From Octopus vulgaris (Eukaryota), in assembly GCA_951406725.2 (NCBI GenBank), contig OX597819.1, positions 72,168,001 to 72,232,000 of the forward strand: 64,000 nt of DNA, read 5' to 3'. Positions within the stretch are counted from its first letter, which is position 1; the number at the start of each line of letters is the position of its first letter. Under the pieces are notes generated by a model. It was not told the origin of the DNA, ran no database searches, and saw only the letters and a list, made by a program, of their open reading frames with translations. Below are positions 24,565-36,564 of the stretch, one piece after another. A program made the translations under genes and the position numbers.

Positions 24565-25583
24565 TAACTTAGAATAACTTAGAAAGATTTTGGCCAGTAT
24601 TGGCCCAGGCCATGTCTAACTTAATAGCACCACCTGGCGAAGTCTTTCAGTTCAGGATTTGGGCACCAAGGCCCATTCGAGCAGAGAGTTATTGTTTGCG
24701 GAGACATATCCGGGTGTGGGTGGTTTGTCCGGTACTGTTTGAAGGAATTTGTCCAAAGACTTCTTGAATTTTGTGTGGTCAGTTTCTTTTTTGACGTGTC
24801 CTGGTGTAATGTTGAAGAGAGCGGGTCCAATTGAGGTGAAATAGTTGTGCCGTATTGTCGTTATGTGATGCGATTTAGATTTTTTGTTGTGGACGGATGG
24901 CACGTGGTCCAAGCCTTGGATGTATTTTGAAGGTGATGCCAACATCATTCGGACAGTGCTGATGGAATATTTTCCACATCATACAGATAATGTAGCGTTC
25001 ACGGCGTCGTTGGAGTGAATACAATTTCAGCTTCTCTAGTCTACCCCAGTAGTCAAGGTCCGACATGCCATCTATCTTTTTTGTGATTGACCTTTGGGGA
25101 GCTTCAATTCTCATAATATTTTGTTTTGTGTAGGGAGACCACAGTGGACAGCAGTATTCAAGGTGGGGTTGGGCAAAAGTGGAGAAGAGAAGGATAATAG
25201 TGTGGGAATCTCTCGACTGAAAGGTTCTGAGAATCCAGGAACACATTCTGCGGGCCATGTCAACTTTGCTGCTTATATGTGTAGCCCAGCTTATGTTGTT
25301 GTCCACTGTTACTCCCAAGTCTCTGATGTTGTTGGATGCCATGAGAATTTCTCCAGAAGGAAGAGAGCATGGGAGTTTCAGAGCGTCCTCCCTTCCAAAG
25401 TGGATCAGTTCGAATTTGTCTTCATTTAGCAACATGTTATTCTTTTCCGCCCATTGGACAACAGCAAGTAAGTCTGACTGAAGGTTTATTCGGTCATCCA
25501 CGCCATTGATGACCTTCTGGAGCTTGGAATCATCAGCGAAGGTTCTGATGTTACTGTATTTGATGGTGTCAGTAATATCATTT
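24565..25583 (-). mobile_element. 5'-truncated CR1/L2-group LINE (second family)
   Basis: FADDSKL RT motif at ~25525-25545, PHLEYCCPLWSP, LYSLQRRRERY; (TCTAAGTTAT) tail; flanked by (TA)n. Confidence 0.9.
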
Positions 25584-25589
25584 AAATAA

Positions 25590-25637
<48 letters not shown>

Positions 25638-25646
25638 TGTATATAA

Positions 25647-25771
25647 GAGACCGATAGAATAAGTACTGGGCTTACAAAGAATAAGTTCCGGGGTTGATTT
25701 GCTCGACTAAAGGCGGTGCTCCAGCATGGCCGCAGTCAAATGACTGAAACAAGTAAAAGAGTAAAAGAGAG
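25647..25771 (+). mobile_element. CORE-type SINE 3' fragment
   Basis: GATAGAATAAGTACT...GGCGGTGCTCCAGCATGGCCGCAGTCAAATGACTGAAAC. Confidence 0.9.
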
Positions 25772-25783
25772 TATACATATATA

Positions 25784-25824
<41 letters not shown>

Positions 25825-26094
25825 CAGAGTTAGCGATTATAATAACCGACTAAATGATAAAATATCCGTATGTACTATCGTTATCCGTTACCCGTGATCA
25901 CCGGGCATTGGTGAGCAGGCACACTATGCACATAGAGTGCGTGTAAGAACAGGATAAACAAGAGTTTATCAGGAAACAAATACAAATAATCAGAAAATGG
26001 AGAATAACTCAGATTAACAAGCATATCGATTGGGTCGCATTTATAGCTTATTTTTAATACAAATATTTGTTATGTCATGCTTTGTATTAAAAAA

Positions 26095-27150
26095 TCTATA
26101 TATATATATAACTGAGAATGTGTGTCTGTCTGTCAGTGTGTTTCCCTAAAACTTAAGAACTACGCAACCAATTTCATTCAAATTTTACACATGCCTTACT
26201 TAGAGTGTCATCGGTTAAAAAATTTTTAACTTTTTGCCTAGGGCGAGCCCACAGCTATATGATATCTTCTCCACTACGATTCCCTAAAACTTGAGAACTA
26301 CACAACTAATTTCATTCAAATTTTACACATGCTTTACTTAGGGTCCATGTAGATTCGTGGGCAAAAAGAAATGTTCAGCTTCTTGCCTAGCAATATCATA
26401 TCTTCTCCACCATTTCAGTATTACATGTTAAAAGTGAAACAAAAACATTTCTCTATTTTATGTCAGATACTTTCGCTTTTACCAATAAAAATTAGAGATA
26501 ATAATAACAATTGAATTATATGTAGTAAGTAATAATTAAAATCAAACTAAAGTATAATATAATCGTAACATAACAAAAGTAAAAATAGCAATTGGTATAA
26601 AATTGCATCATTGACTTGAACTTGAATAAGTGGTTTCACATGAATGGGAATAAATTAAAAATAAAATTAGCGTGCAAAAATAGAATAGTCCAGATGGAGC
26701 TGTGCACATACCGTTTACCACGGCTTTTACATTAGATTATCTGCTAATTAGCTAGCATTAAGTATCTATATGAAGTTTGACTGTATGTAATGTCTGTTTT
26801 CTCGAACAGCCGCTTCTACTGAGTACTGCTGTTGGTTTATTTCTTATACATAAAGGACTATAGCTTCAACTGCGTACTGCTTTTTAATTCACTGTAAGGT
26901 TTGTTGTTATTATTATTACTGTTTAACTATTGTTGTCACATTTTTGGTTCCTCGTCAGGGAAACGTTGTTGTGTTGCATTTGTTAAATAATTGTAAACCG
27001 TAACCCTCCCCCTTTCGGAGAAGGGGCTTTGGTTATTGTTTAAAAATTGAATTGTGTCCCTGTTTGGGGAAATTGACAATATTTTCACCATTTATACGGA
27101 AGCATTTTTGTTAGAATGCCTTCGATAGAAGAAAGTCCCAAAATGAATTT
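26095..27150 (+). mobile_element. Non-autonomous Helitron, 3' end missing, with an internal tandem duplication
   Basis: 5' A^TC(TA)n...ACTGAGAATGTGTGTCTGTCTG; extensive match to 36565-37330. Confidence 0.7.
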
Positions 27151-27280
27151 CCATATATATATATATAGTAGTAACAGAAAAGAGGAATTTCGATTATCCC
27201 CACGTGGTGGGTTGTAATGTATATAAGAAATTAAAAAATGAAAATACGCACACTTACATGGTTTTGATATAATTTTTTAT

Positions 27281-27315
27281 ATATCGACCGGTTTCACTAT
27301 CGTTATTCATGATAT
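27281..27315 (-). ncRNA. Degenerate hammerhead remnant
   Basis: Minus strand: ATATC-ATGA-...-GAAA-CCGG-TC-GATAT; stem I and palindromic stem III are present but the core lacks CTG. Confidence 0.35.
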
Positions 27316-27504
27316 TATGTTTTATTTATTAGAATATATATTTTTTCTTAAGAAGAAATTTGGTTCATGTTGTGTGTGATGAAATTCACGAGTGAAAGGG
27401 AGGTAATTGGTTGTTATTATTGTTATTGTTATGTGTAAGGGGGATAACTGTTCAGCTTTCGGTAATGGGTGGGGATTAAATATGTGTACAGAAAAGAAAC
27501 AGGT

Positions 27505-28418
27505 GCTAGGGCACCGCCATTTGGTGTTGCTACATGATTTTACTTCACGAATGCTTTTTAGCAATTGCCATTTAGTGCATGAGAGAGTTCGATGCAGCTG
27601 CCCTCATTTGCACCTCCTGCCGTGAAGTTGGTTCAATTGGGACACCTGACAGGAAGAGATCCAGCTTTATTTTAAAGACATCTGCATCCACCCTATGCAG
27701 GTCTCTCAGGTTCTTCGAGAAGATATTGAAGAGCTGTGAGCCTCTGAAGCCCAGGCTATCACAGCATCTTGTCCTACATCTTGATGGCGAATTTGTAGTC
27801 CTTGGCACTATGCAGTGGCGCCCAGCTCTAGTATTTGTGTAACTCTCGATGCCAAAGTTTGGGACACGTCCTTCCAGGATCTTCCAGATGTATATTATGG
27901 CATATCTCTCTCGCCTGCGCTCTAAGGAATAGAGTCTTAATCTCTTGAGTCTTTTCCAGTAGCTTATATGCTGCACAGAGGCTATCTTCTTCGTGTAGCT
28001 TCGTTGGATCGCCTCAAGTTCTGTGATTAACTTGACATTGGATGGTGACCATAGCTGAGAGCAATAGTCAAAGTGGCTAAAGACAAGTGTCTTCCAGAGG
28101 ACCATCATGGTTTCGTTGTCTCTTGTTCTAAAGGTTCTAAGAATCTATCCGGTCAGCCACCTACATTTCATTGCCAATTTAGCAACATGAACATGAAAAG
28201 TTGCATCATCACTCATGTAAATACCGAGGTCTCGCACTGATTGTGCCTCTGGGATTGCAATCCCTCCAGGTCCAGTGTATTTATTGGGTATTGCATTTAG
28301 TTTTGCATGCTGATAGCATAAAGCTTAAAACATTTCAGCATTGAACTGCATACTATTCTTTTCAGCCCACTTGTATATTTTGTCCAGCTCACATTGCAGG
28401 TGCATAGTGTCTTACAAG
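27505..28418 (-). mobile_element. CR1/L2-group LINE, same family as 19211-19980
   Basis: MMVLWKTLVFSHFDYCSQLWSP... nearly identical peptide; 3' tail clipped. Confidence 0.9.
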
Positions 28419-28419
28419 A

Positions 28420-29282
28420 CTGGAGGTTCAAAGCTTCGAAGTCATTCAACTGACCGGTTCGCGGAACACCTCCGAGACATCCGCCTTGGCAATGATACCC
28501 CGGTCTCGCGGCATTTCCGCTCTACCGGTCACTCTTTGCAACACCTGTCTGTGTTCGGATTGTCCTTGCAGAAGGGCCATCCGGACTCCAGTTTGCGCTG
28601 TGAACAGGGATTAATCTTCTTTATTCGCTCCTTTACACCACATGGGCTAAACTCTCCTCCCCTCTGCATCTAACCTCCTCCCCTCTCCCCCTCTGACACC
28701 TACTTCCTCCCACCCACCTCTTCTTTCTTGCTCCGACTCCTACTTCTTCTGTTCACTCCTACTTTCCTTCTCTCTTCTCTTCACTCCTACCCATATTTTC
28801 CCTTCCCCTCTCCCTTCATCGTCACTCCACCCTCGTAACCCCACCCCTACACAATCCAACCCCACCTCCCCTATCCATCCCATCCCACCCCCACCCCACA
28901 TCACATCACACCACCACGCACACACTAGCACTGACCACGTCCCAGCCCCACATCTACACACCTACACATACACACCAGCCCTCTTCCACACGCACATACA
29001 TGCTCTCTTATACACGCGCACCTCCGTTTTGGGATCACCACTACTTTATTATCTCTCCTTCTTCCTAGCTCTCCTGTGTGACCCCTCTGTCCGGCATTCG
29101 CTACGATAGATCGCTAGCCACTACACATTCTTTATTTTCTCTCCTTGTTTGTTTCTGTGTTCCTTTCAATGGAAGAGCGTAGGCTCGAAGCGTTCAAGAC
29201 TTTTTCACTTCCCGAGCGTTAAACTAATACATCTGTTTGTTGTCTACACCACCTGTCTTCGTCTTTTGTGGATTCTACCTAT
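28420..29282 (+). mobile_element. Penelope-like element 3' part (GIY-YIG C-terminus, 3' UTR, decayed HHR tail)
   Basis: RFAEHLRDIR...PVSRHF...H...EQGLIFFIRSFTPHGLN; tail GAAGAGCGTAGGCTCGAAGCGTT at ~29170-29195. Confidence 0.8.
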
Positions 29283-29296
29283 ATACATACATATAT

Positions 29297-29343
<47 letters not shown>

Positions 29344-29528
29344 CACACACACATACATACATACATACATACATACATACATACATACATACATACATAC
29401 ATACATACATACATAAATGAGTAACAAAGATGTACAAAAGTCTATTCATTACGGCCGTTTCAAGCGACTCCTTTAATTGATTAATCAAAATATTGCATCA
29501 TTGCAAAGAAACCGTACATACATATATA

Positions 29529-29687
29529 CAGGTGTGACTGTGTGGTAAGAAGCTTGCTTCCCAACCACATGGTTCTTGGTTCAGTCCCACTGCACGGCAC
29601 ATTGGGCAAGTGTCTTCTACTATAGCTTCAGGCCGACCAAAGCCTTATGAATGGATTTGGTAGACGGAAATTGAAAGAAGCCCGTAG

Positions 29688-29690
<3 letters not shown>
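29529..29690 (+). mobile_element. CORE-type SINE 5' half
   Basis: Matches 16902-17070. Confidence 0.9.
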
Positions 29691-29786
<96 letters not shown>

Positions 29787-29791
29787 TATAT

Positions 29792-30124
29792 ATATATGCA
29801 TGAATATAATTTAGAGAAAAACCTCTATTAAGCAATTCAATAGTGAAAGACGTTATTCACACCGTATAGAAAAATTAAATATACTATAAAAAATATTATT
29901 CTAAAAATCAATAAAGTACATAAACAATAAATAATAAATTGACTACTCGCGTACTTTATTGATAAACGCGCGTAGTCAATTTACTATTTATTGTTTATGT
30001 ACTTTATTGATTTTTAGAATAATGTCTTTTATAGTATATTTAATTTTTTGCATATGGTGTGAATAACATCTTTATTGAATTGCTTAATAGAGGTCTTTTC
30101 TCTAAATTATATTCATGCATATAT
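29792..30124. repeat. ~330-bp near-perfect foldback adjacent to (TA)n
   Basis: ATGCATGAATATAATTTAGAGAAAA...TTGACTACTCGCGT / ACGCGCGTAGTCAA...TTTTCTCTAAATTATATTCATGCAT. Confidence 0.9.
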
Positions 30125-31260
30125 GTATATACACTCACACATACACTTAGAAATGTATTTGTAGGTAAGTGTATATGTGTGTGCGTATGTGTGTGTGTAT
30201 CTGTGCACTTTCATATTTTTATTTAAAAGACAGTTGAATGACAATAGTGGATATTATTTTTGTTTTATTTCGGGTGGGTCATTTTGCCAATAATGAGTGG
30301 ATTTATTTATTTATAAATGTATTAAATGACTTTTGCAAGACCAGTCTTGTTTCTATCATTTGAGAACTTCTCCAAGTGTCAGACTAATCCTAAAAGGAAT
30401 TTGCCTGACCAGTTTTCTATCGGGTCTTTCTGATCATAACGTAACTGACAATCTATTTTTGAAGTCCCGATCAAGTTGAACTGTACAGCAGATTTTACTC
30501 GTCTCAGTATTGATGACCCCTATGAAGAAATGTTCGCTGTCATTCTTAACTTACTCGCAGCTATCGTGTATATCAATGCTTGTCATTCGTCCGCCCACAT
30601 TTGTTTAAGGGAAACAAGCAATAAAATACAATAGATGTATGTGGGAAGTCGATTTTTTATTTGTCATTTTTTCCTCCATGTTATTACAGACAGGTTTGCA
30701 AATAACGGTAAATATTTTCCCGTGTATTTAGTTTTTAATAATCTCTCTATCTGTAGATACATTGTTTCCACATATCGTGCATCGTCGATCAAATGACTGA
30801 AATGATTATATCGAGTATATCACTTTTGAACAGTTCGAAAGCGTGGAAAGAAGACGATGAAGATTAAAATTGTTTTCACTTACATTGGGGGGGGGGAGTT
30901 ACAGCGATAGAGATAGAGATAGATACATAGAGAGAGAGTATGCATGTGTGTGTGTGAGAGAGAGGGAGAAAGAGAGGTGGGTTAAAAACGAACAGACTAT
31001 GCATATACTTGTGGCTGTCGTGTTATTTTAGCTATTTTCTCTATGCTGGATCCGTCACGACATCACCACACAGATAATATAAACTGTATTTGTATAGTGT
31101 CTAAATTTCCTTAGTTCTCGGTATGAAAAAACTCTCGTGACTGGCCGAGTCGTCTTTTGTATAAGGGAGAAAAACGAGAAGCATGTGGGAATTTTTTTTC
31201 TCTCCTTCATTTTTTCTTTCAGTTCATATTATTACGGAGAAATTAGTATTTAAACTAGTA

Positions 31261-31578
<318 letters not shown>

Positions 31579-31613
31579 CATAATTTTATAAATTATTTTA
31601 GCAAGGAAAAGTT

Positions 31614-31661
31614 TTACAATGACTTCGAAGTTTCGGTTTACAGGCCGTCATTAGATTGTAA
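31614..31661 (-). ncRNA. Type I hammerhead motif with a G5A core substitution
   Basis: Minus strand: TTACAAT-CTAATGA-CGG(CCTGTAAA)CC-GAAA-CTTCGAAG-TC-ATTGTAA; perfect 7-bp stem I, 10-nt palindromic stem III, GUC triplet. Confidence 0.65.
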
Positions 31662-33166
31662 TTTACTTTGATTTCTCAAGTTTATATAGTCTTTGGTAGG
31701 GTGTCCCTTTCATAGGTTGAGTAATGTGAATGAACATTTGGTGTGGTGGCAAGACAAGAGATGTGGCACTGTATGAAGGGTAGATGGAAGAGGTAATATG
31801 AAAGATAGATATGTATAACGTTACGCTCATACACTTTTGATGTATTCACGTACATAACCTATATGTGTGTATGTTGCTTTTTGTCTTTGTGAACATATTA
31901 AATTAATGAATTTCATATTAAATTAACTGATCGCTTTAGGAGTCACGAATTTGCCTCGGTAGTATTAGCATATGATTCTAATTTATGACCATTTTAACAT
32001 CTTTTATTCAGTATAGCGTTGAACAAGGTCTACTGGCTAACCTAGGGGCCAGTAAAGTGGTCCATATTGACCGCTGGGATCAATGAACACCTGAAACAAT
32101 TTTGAGCATTAAGGGTCTTGAATCTGAGAGGGGCAGTAAACTAAGTCTAAAACTCTTTAATTTCTACCCAAATATCAATGCAATATTAATTAGTATTCAA
32201 CAGACATAAATTTCTCATTAAACATTCTGACTATATCAATATAACAGGATTGCAATTCCATTAAATATTTTCATTAAATTTCCTCTTTATTTCTTAATAA
32301 ATTGAGGTAATGATACAAAAGAACTATGGAATTATTGCTTTTGAAAATCAATAAATTTTTATTAATTATACTTTTAATTTTATTTTAGAAACTTGCATGA
32401 TGAAGGTCAATAAGCTATCAACGATTCCATGAAGAAGTCACTGATATAAGAACTTTGACGAGCCCTAACCTAACCACAGCAGTAAGAAGTTAACTACCTA
32501 AACATCTCTACCTTTAAATACCAGTTGACATATCCGGTGAATTCACCGTAAAGTTTACTCATGCTTGGACAAGCGTCATAAACGCAAGAAAAATTCGCTG
32601 TCATCAATTCATTTGGTTTTTTTGTTTTCTTTAATAAAATAGTTTTTTACTATTAATGGTTGGATACTATAGATATATTTTCTCAGCAAATTTTTCACGC
32701 GGTTAACTTTCTTCATGGTGAATTAATGGCGGTGAACATACCTCTAATCACCAGTTGAAGAGAAAAGAAAGGCTAATTTGCTGAAATCCTGCATAAACCT
32801 GGAATAATAAGCTATTTAATATATCTGTTTCAATGGAATAATTCTTGTTTTTTCTGAGGTTTTACTTTAGTTTCACAGGCAAGAACAATCATGAGCAACC
32901 TGCAGCCGCAACACTTTCCGAATGGCACACCTAACGATAAATTACCTTGAATTTTCTTAGTTATGCCTCATGATGAGCAATGTCTAATACGACTCGCTTC
33001 TCGGTAAAGTTTACTCATGCTTAGACAAGTGCCATAACTCTGAAACAGCCCTTAAATTCCCTTCAATATTTAGGGAGTTCTTTAGAAGAGATTTGCTTCG
33101 GATTTGACACTAAGATGCTTTCTGGACCTACGTGTATATATGTACATAATCACGTCTATCTATTTA

Positions 33167-33205
<39 letters not shown>

Positions 33206-33903
33206 TTCTATCTATGTATGTATCTATCTATCTGTTTATCTATCTCTCTATTTATCTCTCTGTCTGTCTGTCTATTCCTCCATGCATGAGTATGTATGTG
33301 TGCGCGTATGTATCTATGTACATGTATGTGTGTGTGTATGTGTGTGTGTGCTTGTATGCGTATGTGAATATGTTAGAATGTATGCAAGCATTTATACGTG
33401 TCTATATACATACTTATATGTATATACTTATATCTACTATAGAAATGAGACTGTATGTGTGTATGCATTTGGGAACGTCACCGAAGGGTCCGAAATGGTG
33501 CAGCCAAGAGAAAAACATGTTTGGTTTGCGAAATCTGACTCCCAAGGAGAAATCTTTGGGATTTTAGTAATCACAGAATATAATTTTCTTCCAGATCGCC
33601 AAAATTGAATATCTTTAGAAACCGCCTTCTTAAATTCGTGATGACCTGAGTGTGTGTACATATGCATATGTGAGTGTGAAATGTGTCTGTGTGTGTGTGT
33701 GAGATGTGTGTGTTGCGTCTTATAACTATCAGTATATCCACGTCTCTCTATCTGTTTACTTGTCTCTCTCTCACAGTTTTTATGCTCTTCCCCACTCTCT
33801 CCTTCACTCACTCTCATCCTCTCTCTCTCTATCTATCTCTTTATCTATTTAACTGTCTCTCACTCTTTTTTTCTTTCTCTGTGTCTATCTATCTATCTAT
33901 CTA

Positions 33904-33979
<76 letters not shown>

Positions 33980-34239
33980 ACTTAGAAATACCTGGTATGG
34001 TGCCCAGGCGCGTAGAAAGCCTACCAGAGTGGATCACACCCTTTAGTGTTGACTCTCACAACTGACTGTCTAGGAGACGGAACACTCTTACAAGAAAATC
34101 CTGTGATCGTTTTATCATCTGACGTGTGGCACATCGTGCACCTGTACAGACCATGATAATTCGATGGAGAGAGTGTGCTTTGTTCAGCACAAGCAATGAC
34201 CACTTTAAACAAGCCAAAGTGCCGGTTGTTCAGTAAACC

Positions 34240-34306
<67 letters not shown>

Positions 34307-34519
34307 TTCATATCTCTCTCACACAGACACACACATAGGGGTAACTGAGTCGAAAGCCCCTCACAAAGCATCAGCGGCGAGCTCAGGAGCCACCCGAACA
34401 GAGAAAGAATGGACTTCATGACATGCGAACCTCCGTCGGTTGTTCCCAGGGCTTGTCCAAGTATAGGATGCTTCGATGAGATGATAAGCGCATAAATGAG
34501 CATCCGTCGCACAGACTCA

Positions 34520-34765
34520 GGAGACGACGTCTCATTTCAATTCAAACGACTTCAATTTCCAGTGAGTCTTTGTTTTGCCATGGCCATCAACAAATCGAAA
34601 GAGCAAACATTTTCGGCTACCGGTTTTTATCTTGAAGTGGCCTGCTTTACCCACGGCCAGCTTAACATTGAACATTGAAGAGTAGGAAGTAAAGAAAAAA
34701 ATAATTTAACATCTATGAACCAAATGATAAAACAAAATACTTCGTTTATCGATACATTTTAAATT
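34520..34765 (+). mobile_element. Helitron RepHel (PIF1-like helicase) C-terminal fragment
   Basis: FQFKRLQFPVSLCFAMAINKSKEQTF...CFTHGQL...SRVG matches PIF1/Helitron helicase motifs V-VI. Confidence 0.85.
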
Positions 34766-34905
34766 GCCTCAAATAATGCAGAAATCCGTCTTGATAAGAG
34801 GTTTATCCGTCTGGAAGACATAGTCTGACATGGAATAAAAAGAATTGAAATAAAGGCATTCTATTGTAAAAATTGTCCGGTAACAATGAGCTATTCAATT
34901 AGTGC

Positions 34906-34954
<49 letters not shown>

Positions 34955-34956
<2 letters not shown>

Positions 34957-35140
34957 CACCTGTGAATTGTTGGCGATTTTCTTCCTCCGTCTTACCCTTT
35001 TTTTTTTGCACTTTCCTCTATTTCTGAAGAAGAGCTTTGCTCGAAACGTAAAGTCCTCTTTCTTTCCTTTCCTGAGCGTCAGATAATACAGTACTTGTAC
35101 CACACCCTTTTCTTGTTTGTTCTTCTTTGTATTCACTATA
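34955..35140 (+). mobile_element. Isolated PLE-type terminal repeat between (TA)n tracts
   Basis: Contains HHR 35020-35054; downstream TTCCTGAGCGT...TAATACA resembles 29209-29231. Confidence 0.65.
35020..35054 (+). ncRNA. Minimal type I hammerhead ribozyme
   Basis: ATTT-CTGAAGA-A-GAGC(TTT)GCTC-GAAA-CG-TA-AAGT; intact core, GUA triplet. Confidence 0.75.
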
Positions 35141-35152
35141 TATATATTATAA

Positions 35153-35276
35153 GCCACATGGTTCCGGGTTCAGTCCCACTGCGTGGCACCTTGGGAAAGT
35201 GTCTTCCACCGTACTCACGGGCCGACCAAAGCTTTGTGAGTGGATTTCATAGATGGAAACTGAAAGAAACCCGTCG

Positions 35277-35321
<45 letters not shown>

Positions 35322-35365
35322 CTGTGTTCCTTCCCACTCCATCACTTGACAACCGATGTTGGTGT
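35153..35365 (+). mobile_element. CORE-type SINE, partial
   Basis: CCACATGGTTCCGGGTTCAGTCCCACTGCGTGGCACCTTGGG. Confidence 0.88.
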
Positions 35366-35569
35366 GTGTGCGTGTGTATGTGTATGTGTGTATACAAATA
35401 TTCTATAATTATAAACATAATTATAATTAGAATATTTGTATAATTTTACCTAAAAGGTTATTTTAACGTACCGATCTACTTCGTAAAATTATTAATTATA
35501 AAATTATTAATTAATTGATTGCTTAATTAATTAATTAATTAATTAATTAATTTTACCCTTTTATTATCA

Positions 35570-35613
<44 letters not shown>

Positions 35614-36564
35614 GTGTGAATGATTGTGTGTATGTATGTGTATATGTGCATATATGTGCACGCACACTCACATACATATATATATGTATTTATATATATA
35701 TAGGCATATGTGCATATACGTAGATGTGTGTGTATGTATACAAGGAAAGAGAAAGAGAGGGCGTGGCGTGAAAGAAATGAAGCAGATTACATTTGCTTTC
35801 GTGTTTCCTGTCCTCCTGCACCATTTCCTATCAAATATCTTGGGCCATTGCCAACAAAATTACATCATAACGCTTTCATTCCGCCATTGTTCTATGTAAC
35901 GCTACCTCACTTATCGAGTCAATACAACGCAGATCAGCAATGGCGTTTTTAGATATTCATTATTAATACTTATTGTGTTGTTTCATGATTGTCAATGTAA
36001 TGGGGAGCGGAAGAAGCCATGTAGTGCGGTATTCTGTGACATCATATTTATGTTCAGAGTTCAAATGCTTGGTGGTAAAAAGTCTTATCATTTTATTTGT
36101 TTATCATAATTATATATGTTTGTGTGGGCGCGCGTATACATCCATAGATATATATATATTGAAACACTCCTGTCACAACCTGGGACCTTGAAGACTACTT
36201 TAATGCAAGAAAGCATACTAGTCCCTTAATATTTTATATTCAGTATTTCATCTTTTCAATAAGATAATCAATACTTCATTTCATTTTACTATATATTCTA
36301 TATTCTACATTAATATTATAAAGAATATAAATAAAACATAGAAAACAAACAGAGTTCGAATTCCTTTGAATAATATATATATATATATATATACACGCAT
36401 ATATATATACATACATATATATATAAATATACAGATATAAGATATATATATCTTTATATATATGTGTGTATATATATACATATATATAAAGACATATATA
36501 TCTTTATATATATATATAGGTGTGTATATATATATATATATATAAAGACATATATATCTTTATC

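Noticed and set aside
26945-26970. Hammerhead at minus-strand CTGACGAG (also at 37125-37145)
   Set aside because: The GAAAC lies on the opposite strand; no valid topology
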